Below, piece by piece: positions 1 through 8,178 of a stretch of DNA of 14,119 bases. The DNA is from Methanobacterium sp. GTDB lineage: Archaea; Methanobacteriota; Methanobacteria; Methanobacteriales; Methanobacteriaceae. The translations under genes and the position numbers were made by a program. The DNA is taken from assembly GCA_003166335.1 (NCBI GenBank), contig PMWA01000066.1:2553-16671 (forward strand). Reading direction: 5' to 3'. The notes beneath the pieces were generated by a model. The model was not told where the DNA came from, ran no database searches, and saw only the letters and a list, made by a program, of their open reading frames with translations. Every line of letters begins with the position of its first letter. The first letter of the stretch is position 1.

Positions 1-1289
1 TGGTCTATTTTTTTTGAATCGGATGCCTTTTTTACTGATTTTTCTTTTTTTATTATTTTTGATCGAACTGTTTTAGGTTTTTTTATCTTCCGAGACCTAA
101 ATAACTTAATTTCATCACTCTCTAATCTGAAATACTCCGCTAATTCCCAAGCTAACTCGTTATCCTGAAACATTATCTCCAGATAGGGGAACTGTTTCTT
201 AGCTACTTTATGGGATGTGTGAGTTTTCTCACCAATCTTCTCAGCTACTCGATCTTGTAAATCCCGTTTAGCTCGACTTTTAGAGAGCATAATATAAACC
301 GTTGAATTTGTATAGCGGGCGAATTTTTTATAAGTCTCATCCTTGGATAAGGCTACTCCCAGACTCATTAGATCATAGGAATACTTCCAGTAACCATAAT
401 TTCTGGTTTGGAAGGCTCTTCCCAAATAAATATCTGCTTGGGAGATCATTTCATAAGCGTCTTGGATTTCATGTTTTTTTTCGTATTCCCGTGGGATATT
501 CTCGGTTATTAACTCTAACATGAAGGCAGGGTCCGCTTCTACTCTCATTGCTTCTTTTATTCTCTGAGGATTTTTGCTTTTAAGCACTGTTCTTACAGAA
601 TCAAATATATTATTTATATCATCTTTCTGGGAAATTATTTCAAGGTCTTCAGTGGTTATAGATTCCTTTCCTCGAGCAATAATTTCCAAGTCATTAATAG
701 CTGACCTTAAATCACCCTTGGATCTCTTAGCTAAGGTTCTTAAAACATATTCTTCAAATTCAACCCCTTCTTTTGTACAGATTCTCTTGAGAAGAGCTAC
801 AATAGAGTTAGTGTGGACTTTTCTAATGTTTATAACTTCACACTTACTTTTGAGACTTTTTATTCTTTTGCTGTAAGGGTCATTAGCCATCATGACTAGG
901 GGATGGTGACTTTCCTTTATGATTTTGGTAATAGCTCTTATTCCTCCTCGATCATCGGTTCCGTGGATTCCATCCACCTCATCTAATATTATGAGTTTTA
1001 AACCTTGATTGAAGAGGGATCCTGTAGCTGATGCTTCGCCTACGGTTCCAAGTAGTATATCATAGGATCTTTTATCACTTGCATTAAGCTCTATATAGTC
1101 AGCAAATTCATGAGCTGCCAGGTGTGCCAGAGTAGTTTTACCGGTTCCTGGTGGACCTACGAGTAATAATGGTTTCTGGGGTTTATTATTCAGCCAGTTG
1201 TCAATCCATTCTGAGATCTCATCTTTGGCCTTATTATTTCCTAAAACTTCTTTAAAGTTTTTAGGGCTGTATTTATTTGTCCATAACAT
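1..1289 (-). CDS. rfcL: Replication factor C large subunit (clamp loader), partial; 3' end is outside the window
   Basis: Not in the ORF track; translated by hand from ATG at 1289: [56 protein letters not shown]. Has an RFC box II-like W..KY.P, Walker [15 protein letters not shown] and Walker B DEVDG. The same frame gives a Lys-rich tail ([19 protein letters not shown]) at the window edge. Lies directly downstream of rfcS. Confidence 0.95.
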   Translation of the reverse strand, partial: MLWTNKYSPKNFKEVLGNNKAKDEISEWIDNWLNNKPQKPLLLVGPPGTGKTTLAHLAAHEFADYIELNASDKRSYDILLGTVGEASATGSLFNQGLKLIILDEVDGIHGTDDRGGIRAITKIIKESHHPLVMMANDPYSKRIKSLKSKCEVINIRKVHTNSIVALLKRICTKEGVEFEEYVLRTLAKRSKGDLRSAINDLEIIARGKESITTEDLEIISQKDDINNIFDSVRTVLKSKNPQRIKEAMRVEADPAFMLELITENIPREYEKKHEIQDAYEMISQADIYLGRAFQTRNYGYWKYSYDLMSLGVALSKDETYKKFARYTNSTVYIMLSKSRAKRDLQDRVAEKIGEKTHTSHKVAKKQFPYLEIMFQDNELAWELAEYFRLESDEIKLFRSRKIKKPKTVRSKIIKKEKSVKKASDSKKID

Positions 1290-1329
1290 TATTTTCGGAC
1301 CTTTATTTTCCAATCATTTAATTATTATT

Positions 1330-2295
1330 TTATTTTGCATTTGCTTTAAATAGAAATTTAGTTAAAAGAGCTTCTAATTGAATCCTTGGATTTGATCCTT
1401 CTCTTATACGATAATCATATGTTCCAATGTTTTCAATTAGATCCACATATACTTCCTTTCCAAGGAGGCCTTCTCTGGCCATTCGAGATACTTCTTGATA
1501 GATTTGAGTTACCAAATCTTCCCCACTGATGCCCTGAACTACCATGACTTCTCGTAGAAGATCTCTGGCATCTAAAAAATCCCCATCTAGTGCTTTGTTA
1601 ATTATTTTCCTGACATCTTGGGGTTTAGCTTTAGATACAACCTCTTGCACGTTTTCTTCAGTGATTTCTTCTCCTACTGATGAAGATGTCTGTAAAATGT
1701 TTACGGCTCTTCTCATATCTCCTTCTGCAAAGTATACTATACTTTCTAAGGCATTGAGTGTGACTTTAATTTTTTCTGCTTCAGCTATTACTTCCAGTCT
1801 CTTTATAATTTGATGTCCTTTTACTGGTGTGAATCTGAAAATAGCACATCTAGATTGGATGGGATCGATGATTTTGGAGGAGTAGTTACAGGAGAGTATG
1901 AATGAAGCTGTTTTAGTATACATTTCCATCTCCCTTCTTAGGGCGTGTTGAGCGTCTTTTGTCATGTTATCAACTTCATCTAAGAATACTATCCGGAAAG
2001 GTGATCCTACAGCTTTTAAACGACAGAAATTTTTAATATTATGTCTTACCGTGTCTATTCCTCTAGCATCAGACGCGTTTAATTCTAAAAAGTTTTGTCT
2101 CCAGTATTCTCCTAAAAGAGCTTTACCTAGAGCTAGGGCAGTGGTAGTTTTACCAACCCCTGCAGGGCCTGTGAACATTAAATTAGGCATGCTACCTTCT
2201 TTAATATATCTCTTAAGTCTTTGAATAATATGATCTTGACCTACTACATCATCAAGATTCTGTGGTCGGTATTTTTCAACCCATGGTCCATTCAT
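1330..2295 (-). CDS. rfcS: Replication factor C small subunit, intein-free
   Basis: 321 aa with PWVEKYRP, Walker [19 protein letters not shown], Walker B DEVD and the SRC arginine-finger motif. GGTGAT RBS just upstream. Confidence 0.97.
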   Translation of the reverse strand: MNGPWVEKYRPQNLDDVVGQDHIIQRLKRYIKEGSMPNLMFTGPAGVGKTTTALALGKALLGEYWRQNFLELNASDARGIDTVRHNIKNFCRLKAVGSPFRIVFLDEVDNMTKDAQHALRREMEMYTKTASFILSCNYSSKIIDPIQSRCAIFRFTPVKGHQIIKRLEVIAEAEKIKVTLNALESIVYFAEGDMRRAVNILQTSSSVGEEITEENVQEVVSKAKPQDVRKIINKALDGDFLDARDLLREVMVVQGISGEDLVTQIYQEVSRMAREGLLGKEVYVDLIENIGTYDYRIREGSNPRIQLEALLTKFLFKANAK

Positions 2296-2514
2296 TTATC
2301 ATCACCGTTTCTTATTTATTTGATATTGATTTCTACAATTTTATTGTAATTTTTCTTTTTAAAAGTGAGTAATAATAATATAAAAATTATGATTTATTCT
2401 TTAAAAATTATTTTTTTTCAAAATAATGAAATTTTAATTAAATTTTATCCAAAAAATAAAGAGTTTTAATCTAGAATTATTTCGTTAATTTATATTAAAT
2501 AATATTGTTTTCAG

Positions 2515-3603
2515 TCAAAATAAATCAAGTAGTTCCGGGTGTATTTTATCCTTGATTTTTAGTTCAGCTATAACGATACCATATGATTCCTTTATAATTT
2601 TAAATTCAGGTCGCACCATGCCACGAAATGCAGAATAACCCATAACTTTTCCATAGTTTTCAGTGATGATTGCTATAATTTTAGTGAAGTTATCTATGAA
2701 GCTGGTTTCTCTTTCAGATAAAGGTATTTTCTCAGCGTTTTCTCTTATTTTATCGAAATCTATTGTAGAATTGTTTTTAACATCAACCCCGTATAAGAGC
2801 TTTTTACATTCCTTTGTAGGTAGAAATTTACGGGTTAGTCCTCGAGCTGGTGCTACACCCATTATTTTACTAGCTCCAATGGACATTGCTTTCAAAATGG
2901 ATTCATAAATTGTTAAGATAAGTTCAGACCGTTCAAACTCATTTTCAGGTACTTTGCTTACTTTTTCCAGTTTGGGAAAGGCTATAGGTGGCTTTATAAT
3001 AGGTATACTAGTTTTTACTGCAACTATTGATGCATCTAATATTTCTGTCACTTGATTTTCAATTTCTGATTGGTTTTTTGATTTTTTTGGTGAGATTTCC
3101 GTCGTCTGCACATATTCTGCAGTGTAAGTTTCAGACGTCTTTTCAGATACTTGCCCTAATAATGATGTTTCCCCTATTTTTTCTCCAGTTGATATTTCTA
3201 ATTTTTGTTCCTCCAGCTGTATCGGAGTTAGATTTTGAGTGAGTTCTATGATATTCTCAGCGGCGTTTTTAGAGGAGATCATCACCATTCCCACATTTGC
3301 CTTCGTGTTCATGAGCACTATGAAATTAACATTTACCAGATGTAAGAAAAGCGCCTTACCCCATCTAGATTCAATTAATACTCTTTCTAATTCTCCCTGA
3401 TTTGTAAAATTAATTAATCTCTTAGATGAACTAGTGATTACATGTGCCATTGGACCGAATAGATCTGTATCTACATCATGGATTAAGTTGTGGGATAATA
3501 TTTCACCATTCCCATCCACAATTAGACTTCCATCCACACCGCCTATTTTGGCCAGATTGTTAATAATATTATCCAGCTGCACCTTTAATTCTGATTCATT
3601 CAT
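2515..3603 (-). CDS. Roadblock/LC7 (MglB-like) domain protein with a low-complexity linker and an uncharacterised C-terminal helical domain
   Basis: The first ~120 aa match the Roadblock pattern (LAKIGGVDGSLIVDGNGEIL...GELERVLIESRWGKALF...ANVGMV). An E/T/S/K-rich linker and a ~140 aa C-terminal domain follow. GTGAT RBS-like sequence upstream. Confidence 0.8.
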   Translation of the reverse strand: MNESELKVQLDNIINNLAKIGGVDGSLIVDGNGEILSHNLIHDVDTDLFGPMAHVITSSSKRLINFTNQGELERVLIESRWGKALFLHLVNVNFIVLMNTKANVGMVMISSKNAAENIIELTQNLTPIQLEEQKLEISTGEKIGETSLLGQVSEKTSETYTAEYVQTTEISPKKSKNQSEIENQVTEILDASIVAVKTSIPIIKPPIAFPKLEKVSKVPENEFERSELILTIYESILKAMSIGASKIMGVAPARGLTRKFLPTKECKKLLYGVDVKNNSTIDFDKIRENAEKIPLSERETSFIDNFTKIIAIITENYGKVMGYSAFRGMVRPEFKIIKESYGIVIAELKIKDKIHPELLDLF

Positions 3604-3658
3604 TTAATCACATTAAATATGGCTGAGTATTATTTTTTCTGCAATCTTTTCTCTTATC

Positions 3659-3703
3659 ATCTATTTTACTTAAATTGATCTATTTATATAATTACATCTA
3701 TTT
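3659..3703. repeat. Three direct copies of ATCTATTT around a TATA-like box upstream of the Roadblock gene
   Basis: ATCTATTT at 3659-3666, 3678-3685 and 3696-3703. The minus strand reads TTATATAAA over about 3683-3691. Confidence 0.45.
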
Positions 3704-3775
3704 TTTTGAATTAAAGTATAATTTTATTTTATTTAAAATAAGCTAACAATGTTTGTTTAAAAAATATCATTTCTC

Positions 3776-3832
3776 AAAAAAAAGAGAATTTATGAATAAA
3801 GGAAATTTAAAAATATCCTCTAAAAATATCCT
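3776..3832 (-). terminator. Putative oligo-T terminator region of the hydrogenase cluster
   Basis: On the minus strand, AGGATATTTTTA occurs twice (3808-3819, 3821-3832) right at the stop codon, followed by a T8 run (3776-3783). Archaeal terminators are typically oligo-U tracts. Confidence 0.4.
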
Positions 3833-5280
3833 TATAATATGTGTCTCTTGATAAACACACCGTCACTATCATGGATATCTACGGTTAAAGGTGATTCTCC
3901 ATTTATCATATGAGTAGCACAGGAAAGACAAGGATCATAAGCCCTAATAATCATCTCTAACTGATTTTTAAGTCCTTCTGAAACTTCTTCGCCGTGAATC
4001 ATTGCTTTAGCTGTTTCCCTTACACCAATATCCATGGAAAGATTATTCTGGCCCGTAGAAACTATGAGATTAGCCCGAGTTATAATTCCAGCACCGTCTG
4101 TTTCATAATCATGAATCAGAATTCCACGGGGTGCTTCAATCATTCCCACACCTCGCTTAGTTTCATTGGATTCATTTGCCTCCTCTTTACTCATTAGAGG
4201 TTCAGTAAGACCCTGCCTAATATCAGATCCAGTTATAGAATCATCTTCTAAGAGTTGTACTGCTCTTTCAGCAGCGTACATCAATTCAATTAAACGTGCA
4301 TAGTGATATAATAAAGTGTTCTGCGCTACTCCATAATTATCTCGATATTCACCAAATAATTGCTCCGCTTTTTCGGTTGATAGATTGTTTGCGATGTTCA
4401 TACGGGCTAGTGGTCCAACCCGATAGTTTCCTTCAGGAAATCCTATCTGTTTAAGATAGGGGAATTTCAGATAGGACCAGGGCTGTACCTTTTCTTCAAT
4501 GTAATCTAAATAATCAGTTGCAGGGAATTCATGAATTAATTTACCGTCTTTATCTACGATTTTCGCTGGGCCATCATATAATTCCACATTCCCAGAGTTA
4601 GATAGGGCGCCGAAATAGGTTTCAACTGGCCCCAGTGTTTCGATTGCTTCACTGTATTGGGCAAAAAATGGTTTGGCTACATTCACTCCTTTATCTATGA
4701 GCTCAACTGCAACTTTAGCTTCATTTAAAAGTCTATTTTGTTCATCTACTGTTATACCTTTGGATTGGCCACCCGGTATGGCTGTAACTGGACTTATAGG
4801 TTTACCTCCAACTACACCCGTTATTTTCTGACCAATTTTCCTAGTTTTTATAGCCATTTTCACTAGTTCAGGATCTTTTTTAAGGATTCCCAGCACATTT
4901 CTGAGAGCAGGATCGGATTCAGGACCCATTACTAAGTCTGGTGCACCTAAAAAATAGAAATGCAGGGAATGTGAATGTATGTATTGGCCAATAAGCATTA
5001 ATTCCCTTAATTTCTGGGCTGTTTCTGGTGTTTGTAATCCAAATACCTGATCAGTGGCTTTAGCTGCGGTTAAATGGTGTGCGGTTTGACATATACCACA
5101 TATCCTAGGGGTGATGCGTGGAGCTTCCTCAACAGCAGCTCCCTCCAAAAATTTTTCAAACCCTCTTATCTCCATTACGTGAAGATGAGCATCGTAAACA
5201 TTTCCAGAATCATCTAATTGAACAGTGATCTTGGCATGTCCTTCAATTCGAGTTACAGGGCTTATTTCGATATTTTTCAT
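3832..5280 (-). CDS. mvhA: [NiFe]-hydrogenase large subunit, group 3c-like (MvhA/VhcA type, F420-non-reducing); probably a paralog of the main MvhA
   Basis: 482 aa with PVTRIEGH, L1 motif [41 protein letters not shown] and L2 motif [12 protein letters not shown], followed by a 25-aa C-terminal extension. AGGTGAT RBS. Confidence 0.92.
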   Translation of the reverse strand: MKNIEISPVTRIEGHAKITVQLDDSGNVYDAHLHVMEIRGFEKFLEGAAVEEAPRITPRICGICQTAHHLTAAKATDQVFGLQTPETAQKLRELMLIGQYIHSHSLHFYFLGAPDLVMGPESDPALRNVLGILKKDPELVKMAIKTRKIGQKITGVVGGKPISPVTAIPGGQSKGITVDEQNRLLNEAKVAVELIDKGVNVAKPFFAQYSEAIETLGPVETYFGALSNSGNVELYDGPAKIVDKDGKLIHEFPATDYLDYIEEKVQPWSYLKFPYLKQIGFPEGNYRVGPLARMNIANNLSTEKAEQLFGEYRDNYGVAQNTLLYHYARLIELMYAAERAVQLLEDDSITGSDIRQGLTEPLMSKEEANESNETKRGVGMIEAPRGILIHDYETDGAGIITRANLIVSTGQNNLSMDIGVRETAKAMIHGEEVSEGLKNQLEMIIRAYDPCLSCATHMINGESPLTVDIHDSDGVFIKRHIL

Positions 5281-5296
5281 ATTTTATCACCTATTG

Positions 5297-6208
5297 TTAT
5301 TTCTTGACCAACTGTTGGATCAATGAAACCTGCTTTTCCTCCATTATAGTGCTTCCAATAACAAATCCGTATATCACATGCCCAATATCGTAGAGTTGTT
5401 TTTCAACATCCTTCTCTGGCATCTTGGAAATGTGAGCAATCCTTTTTATCACTCCATTATAAATATCATGACTGGGTTCCCGTATTACATCAAGAGATGG
5501 ACCTCCACAACCATGACATTCTACACCAGCTGCTGTACATAATGCACCACACCTTCCCAGTGTAACGGATCCTAAACATACATATCCCTGACTGAGGAAA
5601 CATTTTTCAGGATCAGGATCTCCTTCAAGCCGTCTGTGTATCTTATCAAATTCTACATGTTCCATATGACGCTGGCAATCAGCGCAAACACTTTTTTTAG
5701 GAACTTCTGGTGCTCTGTCATTAACTAAAGGAATTAAAATATCCCCCACAAGTCTTTCTTTAGGTGGACATCCTGGTATGTAACCATCTACATCGGTAAT
5801 ATCACTTGCGGGATGAACTATTGGTAATAATTTGGGAACAACTTCTGATGGAAGTTCAGCAGATACTGTGCTGGGGTTGTCAGTGTAGGTTCGGGAAGTT
5901 ACTTCTTCAGGAGTGTAAAGGTCTGCCATCCCCGTTATACCACCGTAACAAGCACAGGTTCCGTACGCAATTAGTATCTTTGATTTTTCTCTTAATTCTT
6001 CAAGTTTTTCCTTATTTTCAATATTCCGCACAGATCCAGATACAATGGCAATATCTATATTATCAGGGAGTTCCTTTGAATCCATTAAAACAGGAGCATA
6101 AACTATTTCAGCTTTATCCAATAATTGTAATATTTCTTCATGTAAATCAAGAATAGATATCTCACAACCAGAACAACTAGCCAATGTTTCTAAAGCAAGA
6201 GTAACCAT
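5297..6208 (-). CDS. mvhG: [NiFe]-hydrogenase small Fe-S subunit (MvhG/VhcG type), cytoplasmic
   Basis: 303 aa with proximal-cluster motifs [12 protein letters not shown] and PGCPP, and C-terminal Cys motifs [21 protein letters not shown] and CHGCGGP. No twin-arginine signal peptide. Confidence 0.9.
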   Translation of the reverse strand: MVTLALETLASCSGCEISILDLHEEILQLLDKAEIVYAPVLMDSKELPDNIDIAIVSGSVRNIENKEKLEELREKSKILIAYGTCACYGGITGMADLYTPEEVTSRTYTDNPSTVSAELPSEVVPKLLPIVHPASDITDVDGYIPGCPPKERLVGDILIPLVNDRAPEVPKKSVCADCQRHMEHVEFDKIHRRLEGDPDPEKCFLSQGYVCLGSVTLGRCGALCTAAGVECHGCGGPSLDVIREPSHDIYNGVIKRIAHISKMPEKDVEKQLYDIGHVIYGFVIGSTIMEEKQVSLIQQLVKK

Positions 6209-6762
6209 TATTTACCACCCCAGTTAATGGTTAGTGTTTTAAGACAGGCGTTAGGTCCTACATGATCAATGTCCAGTTTTCCTTTGATGTCCATCACTTC
6301 TTCCACTGCACCCACCATGTAACCATAGAGGAGGTAACATAAAGGCCCTTTTTGAGGTAATCCTGTTCTCCTCAGAGTTTGTCTTACCACACAATCCCGG
6401 AATAATAGTTTCACTTCAGTTTCACCACTTCTTTCAATAGTGAAACTTTCTTGACTTGATGGTTTCCACATTTCAAAGAAGAATTCTTTACCCAAGATCT
6501 GGCTAAGTTCCTGCATTGCGTTTTCTAAGTTATCGGTTTTTTCCATAAGTTTACCTGCATCATGCCCCATTCTTTTCCCTGCTTGGTATACTATGGCGTT
6601 AGCACCTCTGCCAGAAACTTGTTCAAGTGCACTAGCCATGGATCCGACAAATTTCATCAGGACATGTAAAGCTTCTTCGTAGTCATCTATCTCCCCCCCA
6701 CATTCAGGAGGAATTAATTCTGGCTTAAATGTGCCCCTTATTTCTTCTAACTCCATTTCCAT
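6208..6762 (-). CDS. V4R (4-vinyl reductase)-like small-ligand-binding domain protein
   Basis: 184 aa showing the V4R-type pattern [22 protein letters not shown]...FRDCVVR...[15 protein letters not shown]...AC. Its TAA overlaps the ATG of the small subunit (TAATG, 6210-6206). AGGGGG RBS. Confidence 0.72.
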   Translation of the reverse strand: MEMELEEIRGTFKPELIPPECGGEIDDYEEALHVLMKFVGSMASALEQVSGRGANAIVYQAGKRMGHDAGKLMEKTDNLENAMQELSQILGKEFFFEMWKPSSQESFTIERSGETEVKLLFRDCVVRQTLRRTGLPQKGPLCYLLYGYMVGAVEEVMDIKGKLDIDHVGPNACLKTLTINWGGK

Positions 6763-6775
6763 CTGATTACCCCCT

Positions 6776-7027
6776 TTATATTATTTTATTTATGGCATTA
6801 CTCACTTTACGGTCTATGTAAAGTCTTTTAGCTACGTGTATATCCTGATGTTCCATGGCTTGTGCAGGGCAGATTTCATGGCATGAAAGACATGCCATAC
6901 AATCTTCTTCCTTTACTACTCTAGTTTTATTTTTGGCTTCATCCATTTCATAGACGTCGTTTGGACAGTCTTCCACACAAGATCCACATCCAACACACGC
7001 GTCTTCGTCTATTTCTATTTTCACCAT
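6776..7027 (-). CDS. 2[4Fe-4S] dicluster ferredoxin
   Basis: 83 aa with two CxxCxxCxxxCP motifs ([24 protein letters not shown]). AGAGGGG RBS at 7034-7040. Confidence 0.93.
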   Translation of the reverse strand: MVKIEIDEDACVGCGSCVEDCPNDVYEMDEAKNKTRVVKEEDCMACLSCHEICPAQAMEHQDIHVAKRLYIDRKVSNAINKII

Positions 7028-7052
7028 TTAATACCCCTCTATTTTTTTTTTA

Positions 7053-7108
7053 AATCATAAAAAAAATTCAGTTTTAACCTCATTATCTGAATTAAAATTT
7101 TTATGATT
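7053..7108. promoter_or_regulatory. Extended imperfect inverted repeat in the presumed leader of the hydrogenase cluster
   Basis: Outer arms AATCATAAAAA (7053-7063) and TTTTTATGATT (7098-7108); inner arms AATTCAG (7065-7071) and CTGAATT (7087-7093). Confidence 0.5.
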
Positions 7109-7172
7109 ATATTATTTTTTTGTAAAAAATATTTAAAATATTCAATTTGGATATATTTATGAATTATTTCTC

Positions 7173-7190
7173 TTATATAATATTTAACTT
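7173..7190 (-). promoter_or_regulatory. Candidate archaeal TATA box for the ferredoxin-V4R-hydrogenase cluster
   Basis: Minus strand reads AAGTTAAATA-TTATATAA, about 145 nt upstream of the ferredoxin start. The region is very AT-rich, so specificity is low. Confidence 0.3.
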
Positions 7191-7273
7191 ATTTTTACAA
7201 GTTCCTGTTAAGTTCAGAAACAAAAATTATATATTTTCAATAAATATCATTCAAAAATTAGTTTTATATTACC

Positions 7274-7294
7274 ATCTGCTGTATCAAAGCAGAT
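7274..7294. promoter_or_regulatory. Perfect 7-bp inverted repeat, ATCTGCT-N7-AGCAGAT
   Basis: Directly visible; comparatively GC-rich within an AT-rich spacer between mscS and the ferredoxin gene. Confidence 0.4.
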
Positions 7295-7420
7295 ATTCAC
7301 TTAAAAGAAATTTATAATTGGTTTTACGGCTAAACTTCAATTTTTCATAGTTTTTATCTTTATGAAGAATATATAAAAAATTTAAAGATTTCATTTAACC
7401 TGTTGAAAATAAATTATTTT

Positions 7421-7429
7421 AAAAAAAAA
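7421..7429 (-). terminator. Putative oligo-T terminator of rnz-mscS
   Basis: T9 run on the minus strand, 8 nt after the mscS stop codon. Confidence 0.45.
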
Positions 7430-7437
7430 TTGATGAA

Positions 7438-8178
7438 TTAATCGTTTTTATTCACTAGAAGTCTCTTTATTTCTCTAGCAAGTTCAGATCGGTATGTTTC
7501 CACATTCCATGGATTATTAGTCCACACATTCAATGTAACCTTTACACCTAAATCTGATAATTCTTTTACAATAACTTTAGGTTCAGTTTCACTTGAAACC
7601 CAGTTTAACGTTGATGCTCTTTCTTCCAAAGATTTTATTATATCTTCCAAGTTTAATTCATATGGAATATTAATTTCCAGTTCTACTATACGCTTATCCA
7701 AAGCTGTATAGTTTATGAAAGGATCTGTTGAAAAAATAGAATTAGGAATTGTAATAGCCTTATTATCGATAGTTACCATGTTAGTAATTCTGAAACCCAT
7801 TTTAGTAACAGTACCCATCTGCCCAGATACCTCGATAAAATCTCCCACTTTAAAACTTTTAGTACCTAAAACAAATAATCCAGATATAAAATTGGATAAA
7901 GTATCCCTTGCTGCAAAACCTACAGCAATACCTAGAATACCTAAACTTAAAACCAAACCAGTTATATTAATTCCGAGAAAATTAAGAATTATTATCACAG
8001 CAATTGTAATTATAGAGTATTGCACTATCTCTTGAAGTACCTGAGTCACAGTAATTTCTAAATCAAACTTTTCACTAGTTTTTTTGATTAAATAATTTAT
8101 AACATTTATGACAACATAAGCAGCAATTAAAATAACCCCGACGTTTACAATATCAAGTATAATGGGATCAATTACCAA
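7438..8178 (-). CDS. mscS: Small-conductance mechanosensitive channel family protein
   Basis: 246 aa with three N-terminal hydrophobic helices, [38 protein letters not shown] and IPNS. TTG start with AGGTGA RBS; overlaps the end of rnz by 11 nt. Confidence 0.93.
   Translation of the reverse strand: MVIDPIILDIVNVGVILIAAYVVINVINYLIKKTSEKFDLEITVTQVLQEIVQYSIITIAVIIILNFLGINITGLVLSLGILGIAVGFAARDTLSNFISGLFVLGTKSFKVGDFIEVSGQMGTVTKMGFRITNMVTIDNKAITIPNSIFSTDPFINYTALDKRIVELEINIPYELNLEDIIKSLEERASTLNWVSSETEPKVIVKELSDLGVKVTLNVWTNNPWNVETYRSELAREIKRLLVNKND

Noticed and set aside
302..876. Plus-strand ORFs 302-523 and 574-876
   Set aside because: They lie antisense to rfcL, which has clear motifs on the minus strand, and have no recognisable features.
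1330..2295. Possible intein in RfcS, a common intein host in Euryarchaeota
   Set aside because: The length is the standard 321 aa and the Walker A, ELNASD and SCN regions are uninterrupted.
3832..6208. [NiFeSe] (Vhu-type), F420-reducing (Frh) or membrane-bound hydrogenase assignment
   Set aside because: No in-frame TGA or split VhuU peptide, no FrhB or FrhD, and no Tat signal, cytochrome b or antiporter-like subunits. The motifs fit group 3c best, although group 3d-like affinity cannot be fully excluded without a tree.
3832..7027. Hydrogenase cluster looks more GC-rich than the membrane-protein genes, suggesting horizontal transfer
   Set aside because: Not quantified. Gly/Pro/Ala/Cys-rich enzyme composition could explain it, and no integrase, transposase or att site is visible.
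1544..8035. Short plus-strand ORFs at 1544, 1964, 2663, 3027, 3994, 5806 and 7715
   Set aside because: All are antisense shadows within well-supported minus-strand genes and show no recognisable motifs.
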